From Heterodontus francisci (lineage: Eukaryota), in the NCBI RefSeq assembly GCF_036365525.1, contig NC_090378.1, forward strand, positions 120,451,593 through 120,515,592: a DNA stretch of 64,000 nt, written 5' to 3'. The position numbers and the translations under genes are program-made. This document shows, in pieces, positions 45,001-53,880 of this stretch. How positions within the stretch are numbered: the stretch's first letter is position 1; the number at the start of each line of letters is the position of its first letter. A model generated the notes under the pieces. The model did not search any database. It was not told where the DNA came from and worked only from the letters and a program-made list of their open reading frames with translations.

Positions 45001-45990
45001 GGACTGTGTGTTCATTATTATATATTATATATAACTGTGGGATGTGTCAGTACAGGAGGTGGGACTGTGTGTTCATTATTATATATTATATATAACTGTG
45101 GGATGTGTCAGTACAGGAGGTGGGACTGTGTGTCCATTATTATATATTATATATAACTGTGGGATGTGTCAGTACAGGAGGTGGGACTGTGTGTTCATTA
45201 TTATATATTATATATAACTGTGGGATGTGTCAGTACAGGAGGTGGGACTGTGTGTTCATTATTATATATTATATATAACTGTGGGATGTGTCAGTACAGG
45301 AGGTGGGACTGTGTGTCCATTATTATATATTAGATATAACTGTGGGATGTGTCAGTACAGGAGGTGGGACTGTGTGTCCATTATTATATATTATATATAA
45401 CTGTGGGATGTGTCAGTACAGGAGGTGGGACTGTGTGTCCATTATTATATATTATATATAACTGTGGGATGTGTCAGTACAGGAGGTGGGACTGTGTGTC
45501 CATTATTATATATTATATATAACTGTTGGATGTGTCAGTACAGGAGGTGGGACTGTGTGTTCATTATTATATATTATATATAACTGTGGGATGTGTCAGT
45601 ACAGGAGGTGGGACTGTGTGTCCATTATTATATATTATATATAACTGTGGGATGTGTCAGTACAGGAGGTGGGACTGTGTGTCCATTATTATATATTATA
45701 TATAACTGTGGGATGTGTCAGTACAGGAGGTGGGACTGTGTGTCCATTATTATTTATTATATATAACTGTGGGATGTGTCAGTGCAGGAGGTGGGACTGT
45801 GTGTTCATTATTATATATTATATATAACTGTGGGATGTGTCAGTGCAGGAGGTGGGACTGTGTGTTCATTATTATATATTATATATAACTGTGGGATATG
45901 TCAATACAGGAGGTGGGAATGTGTGTCCATTATTATATATTATATATAACTGTGGGATGTGTCAGTACAGGAGGTGGGACTGTGTCTATT
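1..45990. repeat. Giant tandem array of a 61-bp unit (consensus aactgtgggatgtgtcagtacaggaggtgggactgtgtgtccattattatatattatatat), ~750 copies, truncated by the window start; 54-bp deletion variants in the first ~14 kb
   Basis: Unit read directly, with a 61-nt period throughout. 54-bp units lack 7 nt of the AT tract (e.g. ~1890-2170). Last partial unit ends at ...gggactgtgtctatt (45990). Confidence 0.99.
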
Positions 45991-45992
45991 GA

Positions 45993-46020
45993 GGTTTTTG
46001 TACGGCTCTGTCTCACTGTG
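45993..46020 (-). promoter_or_regulatory. Canonical 12-bp-spacer V(D)J recombination signal sequence of the V gene
   Basis: Minus strand reads CACAGTG (46020-46014), AGACAGAGCCGT (12 bp), ACAAAAACC (46001-45993). Heptamer and nonamer are both perfect consensus and abut the V coding end. Confidence 0.98.
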
Positions 46021-46322
46021 GATAGACCAGCTTTTATATTGCTGACAGTAATAATCTGCGACATCCTCATTCTGTACATTACTGATTGTCAGAGTGAATT
46101 TGAGGTTCTGTTGACTGCCGGTGAATCGTTCGGATGTTCCTGTGTATCGAGTTGTTGCACCATAGATCAGGAGAGTGGGTTTCTGACCGTCTCGCTGCTG
46201 ATACCAAGCTACATAACTGCTAACGGACTGGCTGGCCGTACAGGTGATCGTTGCGGTCTGTCCCAGTGTCACTGACAGTGCCGGTGGAGACTGGGTCATG
46301 ATGATGGTGTCTCCACTGATAC
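46021..46322 (-). CDS. IGKV: Immunoglobulin light chain variable exon, kappa type (shark type III/NS4-like), germline unrearranged, open frame
   Basis: Translates [101 protein letters not shown], with conserved Cys, WYQQ and DxADYYC. Phase-1 acceptor ttacccctcag at 46323. The 12-RSS fits kappa. Confidence 0.95.
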
Positions 46323-46508
46323 CTGAGGGGTAATAGAGAAACAGAGTGAAGTAAGAACTGTCACAGAAAGACCCTGTAAAATGAGATATTGTCAGAGAAA
46401 GTGACCGTTCTTCTTGTTTCAGCATTTTCTCTCCAATCACAAGTCAGTAGAATTGGACTGAAATAAACAGCAGGAAAATATTAAACGTGGAAGGAGAGAG
46501 ATTTGTAC

Positions 46509-46557
46509 CTGCGACGCAGAATGCCAGAGGCCAGATCAGCTGGATGGGTGAAATCAT
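46509..46557 (-). CDS. IGKV: Leader (signal peptide) exon of the V gene, MISPIQLIWPLAFCVA(G)
   Basis: accATG at 46557, 49-nt exon, donor G|gtacaa at 46508. A 186-bp phase-1 intron (46508-46323) joins it in frame to the V exon. Peptide is hydrophobic. Confidence 0.92.
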
Positions 46558-46617
46558 GGTGCCTGCTCCTGTCTCTGTGCCTGGTTACTGATAAACTCTC
46601 CCTTCACTGGGCTCTGC

Positions 46618-46697
46618 TTTATAAAGCTGCAGCCTGTGAGAGTCTGACTGCCTGTTTCTCAGTATGTAAATGGTATCACCCAGAGAAAGGCACGTCA
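46618..46697 (-). promoter_or_regulatory. V promoter: TATAAA (46623-46618), octamer variant ATTTACAT (46671-46664), CRE-like TGACGTG (46697-46691)
   Basis: Motifs lie ~60, ~110 and ~135 bp upstream of the leader ATG, the order and spacing typical of Ig light-chain V promoters. The octamer differs from ATTTGCAT at one base. Confidence 0.7.
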
Positions 46698-46701
46698 GCA
46701 A

Positions 46702-47000
46702 CTCTCACTTCCTCTTCTCTCTCCCTCTTCCCCCCTCTCTCACTCTGCCTCTCCTCCCTCCCTCTTCCTCACTTTCCCTCTCCTCCCTCCCTTCCTCTTC
46801 CTCTGTCTCCCTCTCTTCCTCTTCCTCACTCTCCCTCTCCTCCTTCTCTTCCACTTCCTCTGTCTCCCTCTCTCACGATCCCTCTCCCTCACTCACTCTC
46901 TTTCTCTCCCCTTCTGTCTATCCTTGTCTCTGTTTTGCTCTTTTGTGCTCTTTCTTTGTCATCCTCTCTTTCTGCCTTTCTCTCTCTGTTACTCTGTCTC
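46702..47000. repeat. CT-rich low-complexity polypyrimidine tract
   Basis: Nearly pure C/T on the + strand with short internal duplications (cttcctctgtctccctctct). Confidence 0.85.
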
Positions 47001-47003
47001 ACT

Positions 47004-47787
47004 GGCCTGGATTTTAAGGCTCCCTCGACATTGTGATCCCTGGTGGGAGATCCTGAAGTTGGCTCCGGATGAGGCCACCACGGACCTTGACGCCGGCAGA
47101 GCTACTCCCGATCCTCCCGGTGACGGGGAGGCTCCGTGCCGACCACTCGGCCGCTGGGCGACAGGACCACAATTTAAATAGTTAAATCAATAATATTAAT
47201 GAATTTAAATCTACTCACCCGTGATCTTGAGGGTCCGTCACAGTGTCGCACCTTCAGAACCCTGTCTGGGGAAACAAGGCACCACACTGGTGGGGAGGTG
47301 GGAGCAGGTCAGTTTCTCAGTGCAGGAGTTGGGGGGGAAACAGGGTCAAATAAACAGCAGGATGTAGGGGATGGTGGGAAGGGTGTACTTTAAACTTTGT
47401 GCAGTTTGGTGTGGGGAGGTCACATGTTAAATGTAACTGTTTTGGGGGGAAAGGGAATATAGTTGATGTAATTGTTATGGAGTTGGGTGAGAAAGGGGAA
47501 TTGGAACTTTATTGATGTAATTCTGGGAGGAAATCTCTTTAAAAAATGTCAATATCCCGGCAGGACTGACTGCCCTTTAAAAATGGTGTCATTGCCGGCA
47601 CACAGGCAGTTGACGCCATTGCCGGGGACGGACAGCCCATCCCCTCCACATGACTGAGGGGGGAGATGTGGCCCACCCCACATGGTTAAATGAGCCTCCG
47701 CACTTCAGATCACGATGGCTGTTTGGTGTGCGGCCCACACGGGCAGGCTGTCATTTTGTGAGCTCGCCGACGAGCTCACAGAATCCA
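47004..47787. mobile_element. Non-autonomous TIR DNA element (probably Harbinger-related MITE), right end running into the gap
   Basis: Starts ggcctggatttta; ends ...cagaatcca (partial inverted match) with a subterminal hairpin. Internal block caggactgactgccctttaaaaatgg is shared with the element at 51568. Confidence 0.6.
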
Positions 47788-48164
47788 NNNNNNNNNNNNN
47801 NNNNNNNNNNNNNNNNNNNNNNNNNNNNNNNNNNNNNNNNNNNNNNNNNNNNNNNNNNNNNNNNNNNNNNNNNNNNNNNNNNNNNNNNNNNNNNNNNNNN
47901 NNNNNNNNNNNNNNNNNNNNNNNNNNNNNNNNNNNNNNNNNNNNNNNNNNNNNNNNNNNNNNNNNNNNNNNNNNNNNNNNNNNNNNNNNNNNNNNNNNNN
48001 NNNNNNNNNNNNNNNNNNNNNNNNNNNNNNNNNNNNNNNNNNNNNNNNNNNNNNNNNNNNNNNNNNNNNNNNNNNNNNNNNNNNNNNNNNNNNNNNNNNN
48101 NNNNNNNNNNNNNNNNNNNNNNNNNNNNNNNNNNNNNNNNNNNNNNNNNNNNNNNNNNNNNNNN
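47788..48164. other. Assembly gap (377 N)
   Basis: Run of n characters. Confidence 1.
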
Positions 48165-48204
48165 TCTCCCTCTCCCTCTCTCTGTCTCAGTTTTCGAGCC
48201 TCTG

Positions 48205-48865
48205 GGCTGAATTTTACCAGCCCCTCCACTCGCGGGTCACAGCGCTGGGGCAGGTAAAATTATGTGGGGAGTCGCCCGCCTCGACCCCCCGTGTTGTGGA
48301 GAAGGGCTCGCCGCATATTACCAGTGGCGAGGGGACATTGGTGCCACCGCCCATTGCCACTGGTGGTGGGACCTTCATCTCCATATTAAAATGAACCTTA
48401 ATGATATGTAAATAAACTTACCTGCAGGTGCGGCTGTCCCACACCGATTTTACCACCACCGTTCGTACCTCGCGCACCTTCGGAACTCCGTACGGAATTC
48501 CGAGGCGGGAACCTGGTGGAGAGCGGGGAGGAATAAAACTTTCAGGGCGGGAGGGGTGGGGGAGCCGGGGAGCGGGGAAAACAATTTTGATTGGATGTGG
48601 GGATGGTGGGAAGAGGTTGAAGGGTAAAAGATTGAAGGTTGGGGTGAAAGTTCAGGTATTTGAAAAAGCCAGTTGTTGATCATTTCGGGCAATGAAATGA
48701 CCATTGGGGAGTTGGGGAAGGGCTTCCATCACAAAGATTTTTATTTAATAAAGTTTTACAATAATACACCTTTATTTAAATGAGCCCCTATGTGTAATTT
48801 CGCGGGGGCTCCGGGACGACACATCTGCACAGTCTCCATCCCGACAACACTCATAAAATTCATCC
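48205..48865. mobile_element. ~660-bp MITE with terminal inverted repeats (Harbinger-like)
   Basis: Left end ggctgaatttta and right end taaaattcatcc (11/12 inverted match). Flanks ctg/ttg are a possible degenerate 3-bp TSD. Inserted into a CT-rich tract. Confidence 0.65.
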
Positions 48866-49746
48866 TTGGATTTCTATCACCCTGTTCGTCCACCTCTCTG
48901 TATCTCTCTCAGTTATACTTTCACCCTCCTCTCTCTCATTGCATATCTGTCTTTCACATTCTTCCCATCTCGCTCTCCCTGTTTTGCTCTCCTCCCTGTC
49001 GCTCTGTCTCTTTCTCATTCTCCCTCATTTCTGGTCTCTCTCTCCCACTGTGTTTCTCTCTCCCTCTTTCCCTGTCTCTATCTCTCTGTCTTTGATCCTC
49101 TGCCTACTCATCTCTCTCTCCCACCCTCCATTGTTCTGTAATTCTGTAACTGATCTCTATAACAGGAGTTATTACTGGAGACTGGAACACTTTGAGACCT
49201 GGTGCAGCAGTTAAATGTCTCCCTCTCTATCTCTCTCTGTCTCACAGCCTCCACCTCACTCTCTCTTTCCCACAGTCTGCCAGGTGGAGCAGTTAAATGA
49301 AGGGTAAAACTCCCTCTGCTCTGCCCCATCAATGGATGTTAATTCTTGACCCCAGAAACATGCCTTCTCCTGGAGTAAGGCCCCATTCCCCACAGTGACC
49401 ATGCTTTGACCTCTCTCAGTAAGACTGGCAGATTATTGTCAAATTTAGGGCAGTTCTGTGCTGTTGGCCTATTCTCACTGGGACTGGTTTGGACAGAAAG
49501 CTCATTTCGTGAAGGCCCAGCAGAGAGAGGAGATCCTCACCCCATCAGTGTGAGCTGGAGGGACAGGACAGGGTCTGACCCACTGCCCCATCCTGTCAGC
49601 TCATAACATGTTCTAATCCCTTCCCGTCTCCATCCCTTTCCATGGTCAGGCTCCGGGTCATGGAGTTTTACTGGGATGAGGGGTCGACAATCACACATTT
49701 ACAACATAAAGGAGCTTTGCTTCACATCAACCATGGTGACCATGTT

Positions 49747-50840
49747 CCACTGGACCTCCAATAGGGACCAGTAAACATGGGCCTCCTTCCCACTGAACAC
49801 TCCAATCGGGACCAATAAACATGGGCCTCCTTCCCACTGGACCCTCCAATAGGGACCAGTAAACATGGGCCTCCTTCCCACTGGCCCTCCAATAGGGACC
49901 AGTAAACATGGGCCTCCTTCCCACTGGGCATCCAATAGGGACCAGCAAACATGGGCCTCCTTCCCACTGGCCCTCCAATAGGGACCAGTAAACATGGGCC
50001 TCCTTCCCACTGGGCATCCAATAGGGACCAGTAAACACGGGCCTCCTTCCCACTGGACCCTCCAATAGGGACCAGTAAACATGGGCCTCCTTCCCACTGG
50101 ACCCTCCAATAGGGACCAGTAAACATGGGCCTCCTTCCCACTGGGCATCCAATAGGGACCAGTAAACATGGGCCTCCTTCCCACTGGGCCTCCAGTAGGG
50201 CTCAGTAAACATGGGCCTCCTTCCCACTGGCCCTCCAATAGGGACCAGTAAACATGGGCCTCCTTCCCACTGGGCATCCAATAGGGACCAGCAAACATGG
50301 GCCTCCTTCCCACTGGGCCTCCAATAGGGACCAGTAAACACGGGCCTCCTTCCCACTGGACCCTCCAATAGGGACCAGTAAACATGGGCCTCCTTCCCAC
50401 TGGACCCTCCAATAGGGACCAGTAAACATGGGCCTCCTTCCCACTGGGCATCCAATAGGGACCAGTAAACATGGGCCTCCTTCCCACTGGGCCTCCAATA
50501 GGGACCAGCAAACATGGGCCTCCTTCCCACTGGGCCTCCAATAGGGACCAGTAAACACGGGCCTCCTTCCCACTGGACCCTCCAATAGGGACCAGTAAAC
50601 ATGGGCCTCCTTCCCACTGGACCCTCCAATAGGGACCAGTAAACATGGGCCTCCTTCCCACTGGGCATCCAATAGGGACCAGTAAACATGGGCCTCCTTC
50701 CCACTGGGCATCCAATAGGGACCAGTAAACATGGGCCTCCTTCCCACTGGGCCTCCAGTAGGGCTCAGTAAACATGGGCCTCCTTCCCACTGGCCCTCCA
50801 GTAGGGACCAGCAAACATGGGCCTCCTTCCCACTGGGCCT
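49747..50840. repeat. Minisatellite, 43-44-bp unit (ccactgggcctccaatagggaccagtaaacatgggcctccttc), ~25 copies
   Basis: Period read directly; bounded by the short direct repeat ccactgg(a/g)cct. Confidence 0.97.
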
Positions 50841-50899
50841 AAAGTAGTTGAGCTTCAAACCCCACATCCTCTCCATCATGTGAGCCTCTTATTTCTGTC

Positions 50900-51476
50900 C
50901 CCACAACATTGCCCGTCTCTACACTCCATCAGCCCCTTGACCACACAAACCCTTATCCCTGCTCATCTTGTCTCCAAACTTGATTATTCCCATGTCTGCT
51001 GCCGGCTTCTTTCATCCACTCTCCATAAACCCCGACTTGTCTGAAATGCAGTGGTCAGTACACTGTCTGACACCAAGTGCCGTTCCAACACTACCCCTGA
51101 CCTCACTGACCTACTACCCTGACCTCACTGACCTCTGTTTCCCTCCTCCCTACCCTCTGCCTCCTGCTGCAGACTCACATTCCCTCCCTCACTCTTCCAT
51201 CTTCTAACTCGCCTCTCCTGCCCATCGCTGCTTCCTTCATCCCATCATTGACAGCAGAGCCTTCAGATGCCTCGGCCCTGCTCTCTGAACTCCCGCCATT
51301 AATCCCTCCCCCTCTCCAGGTCTCTCTCTGCTCCATCAAACTCCATCCTTTCACCCAAGCCTTTGATCACTCTTCCGAAAGACTCCTCACCTCCTACCCC
51401 GTTCCTCTTACTGTGGCTCTGTGAAGCATCTTGTGATGTTTTGTACTTTAAAGGTGCTATATAAATGCAAGTTGTG
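50900..51476 (+). mobile_element. Degenerate L2-clade LINE 3' fragment
   Basis: Residual ORF2 C-terminal motif (TLIPAHLVSKLDYS, cf. TLIHAFVTSRLDYSN) and the typical tail ctgtgaagca...aaaggtgctatataaatgcaagttgt. Confidence 0.75.
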
Positions 51477-51567
51477 TGTGGATTTCCGGTGGGGACAGAA
51501 TTGGACACAGTTGTGATGGCCCCTGCAGTCAAATATCCTGCTAACAGGGTCCAGGTTTACACATGTA

Positions 51568-52340
51568 GGCTGGGATTTAGTTGAGGTCCCGATGTCGGGA
51601 TCCGTGACGGGGGATGGTGGCGGGGGCGCCGGAAGATCATTCTGACAGCGGCCGGACACGGAGTCCGACGCCAGGAGTGTCGGACCCGATCTTCCTGGTG
51701 GTGACGTGGCTCCAGGGCGGTCCCTCCGCTGCTGGGTGACGGGATCCGACTTTACATATTTAAATTAGGTAAATGAATAAATTTAAATAAAATCAACAGC
51801 AATCCTCCCGGCTGCCCGCGATCTTCCGAGCGGCGGCTGGCACTCACACCTTCACTTCCCCGTCCAGGGAAAACTAGCACCACCGAGGTGGGGATGGGGG
51901 GAGACTTAGGACCTTTAGTGCAGTGAGAGGGGGATCAGGATCCAATCAGCATTAATAGTGTAGGGGAGGGTGGGAAGGGGTGACCTCTGAACTTTGATCA
52001 GTTTGTGGGGAAAGGTCAAGTCTTGCTGGTAAGTGTTTTATTGGGGGAGAGGAGGACAACCATTACATTTAATTGTTATTGGGGGGAAGGGGCGAGAGTT
52101 TATTTTGCAGTTCATTGGGTGGGGAGGGGTTAGGCCATTAAAAATGTAAATGTAGCAGCAGGACTGGCTGTCCTTTCAAAATGGCACCAGCACCTGTGTA
52201 AAGGCAGCTGATGCTGTTGCCAGCGTCGCAGAGCACCCACCCTCCACGTGATTGAGGGGGCAGCACGACCATCGTTTTATGTTGGGCCACCGTGCGGTCG
52301 ATCGTGGTAGCATGGCGGCACGGGGACCACATGTGTGACC
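51568..52340. mobile_element. Non-autonomous DNA element, same family as 47004-47787 (right boundary uncertain, possibly ~52530)
   Basis: Starts ggctgggattta. Colinear similarity with the 47 kb element: AT-rich tttaaat block, G-rich block, caggactggctgtcctttcaaaatgg, ccctccacgtgattgagggg. Confidence 0.55.
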
Positions 52341-52595
52341 ACCATATTGTTCACCCACAGAATGGGGAAGTGGGTGAGGTAGGAATGTGCTGTCGGGGCC
52401 CATGGAACTGTTACCCCAGCATGAAGTGTCCCTCAGGAGGGGAGAGGGAATGTTCCGAGTCCTGAGCTCCATTTCCCACACCAGGCATTTTGTCTTCCAA
52501 TGAATGAATGCGATGCCAATTTCGAGTCCGGGTTAGGGACAGTCTCGTACTGTGGGCCCAGGTCTACAAGAGGGAATTGGAGATAGACCTGAAAA

Positions 52596-52700
52596 GGAAA
52601 GATTTGCTGGGTTATGGGGCTGGAGAGGGGCAGTGGGAGTAATTGGGTAGCTCACAGGCACGATGGGCTGAATGGCCTCCTTCTGTGCTGTAAGATTCTA
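52596..52700 (+). mobile_element. CR1-type LINE/SINE 3' tail fragment
   Basis: gggttatgggg...ggcacgatgggctgaatggcctccttctgtgctgtaagattcta, the characteristic shark CR1 tail. A related tail lies at ~54890-54954. Confidence 0.7.
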
Positions 52701-52944
52701 GGTAGTGTGTGCGGTTCACAGTTTTCTCCCGTGTCATTAACAAACGTCCAGCTGCTCCGAGCTCCTTCTTTCACTTCCTCTGTTAGTTAAGTTTCAATCT
52801 TCCGATCTGACAGTCTTTGCAGTTATTTTTTACATTGGGGATTTCTGCTGTGGTCGGAGTCTCTAATAATAACCGTCCAATCAAAGAAAATAACAGCAGC
52901 TAAGACCAGTCAGCACTGAGGACCCAGTCTCACTGGGGAACACA

Positions 52945-53590
52945 TTGGGAAGATCAAAGCCATTGTCTTCAGTTCCTGGTACAAACTCCATCCCTCTCCC
53001 TGAGCACTGTCTGCTGCCGAACCAGATTCTTTACAACCTTAGCCTCATCTTTGACCCTGATCTGACCCCAAATCCTCCACATCTCAATGATTATCCACTT
53101 CCCCCTCTGTAACATTACCCATCTCTGCCCCTCCCTCACTCCTTCCACTACTGAAACTCTTCTTCATGTCTTTGTCACCTCTAACTTTACTATTCCAGTG
53201 CTCTCCTGACCAGACTGCCATCCTCCACTCTCTGTATTCTTCAGCTCATCCGAAGCTCTGCTCTCTCTATCCTGTTCCAAACCAAGTCCTGTTCACCATC
53301 ACCCCCGTCCATGCTGACCTACATTGGGCTTCCATCCCCCAACACCATCACATTTCAATGTAAAATTCTACTCTCTGGATTTAAATCCCTCCGTAGTCTT
53401 GACCCACCCCCGTATCTAGAACCTCCTTTAACCTTGGTCTCCTTGAAACACTTCACCCTCCTTAAAACCCACATCTTTAACCAAGCATTTGGTCACCCCT
53501 CCTAATCTCTCTGTATTACTTGTGTCTGTTTTCCTGATGTCATGTGAGGTGGCGTGCGATGTTTCTCTACATTAAAGAGGTGACTTGTTG
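52945..53590 (+). mobile_element. Degenerate L2-clade LINE 3' fragment
   Basis: Decayed ORF2 end (gaaactcttcttcatgtctttgtcacctct ~ ETLLHVFVTS; ttcacccatcacccc-type block) and a tail similar to that at 51420-51476. Confidence 0.7.
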
Positions 53591-53594
53591 CTGA

Positions 53595-53880
53595 TATATA
53601 TCGATGATTTGGTCTTGGACAGAGGGAGCACGATCATTGGAATGTGCTGATTACACAGAAGGAGAGGTTTGACAAACAGGGAGGAGAAGAGACAAAGACT
53701 CGGGGAGAGGGATCAGGGAAGGGACAGATCGGAGACTGACACAATTCAATGTCGAGGGGTTTGAGATGATGGGTTTTGGAAGGAAAAGGAGTGAAAAGCT
53801 GATGAAGGATGTGTAGAAGCAGAGAGATCTCGGGTTCAATTACATCATTCCTTGAAAGTGGAAATGCAGATCGATAAACC
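53595..53880 (+). mobile_element. CR1 LINE reverse transcriptase fragment, degenerate
   Basis: Remnant motifs IYIDDL, QFNVE..EMMGFGRK, QRDLG, SLKV..QIDK. Confidence 0.65.

Noticed and set aside
1-45990. CRISPR-like repeat/spacer appearance
   Set aside because: There are no unique spacers (the AT segment is part of the unit), no cas genes, and the context is vertebrate.
1-45990. Ig class-switch-region-like function
   Set aside because: The array lies 3' of an unrearranged light-chain V, the G-rich strand is the template strand for V transcription, and AGCT palindromes are essentially absent (only single AGTA/AACT hotspots per unit).
45940-46440. 166-aa ORF as a single-exon gene
   Set aside because: Its N-terminal part is intron and its C-terminal part is RSS and satellite read-through. 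The true structure is leader exon plus V exon.
46503-47181. Leu/Ser/Pro-rich + strand ORFs
   Set aside because: Translation of the CT-rich tract and antisense to the V leader and promoter.
47650-48257. ORFs of 174-186 aa
   Set aside because: They are mostly X residues spanning the N gap.
47239-49397. Isolated perfect CACAGTG heptamers at 47239 and 49391
   Set aside because: No nonamer at 12 or 23 bp and no adjacent V, D or J coding sequence.
49699-50879. Minus-strand ORFs up to 371 aa
   Set aside because: Stop-poor reverse strand of the 43-bp minisatellite; purely periodic peptides.
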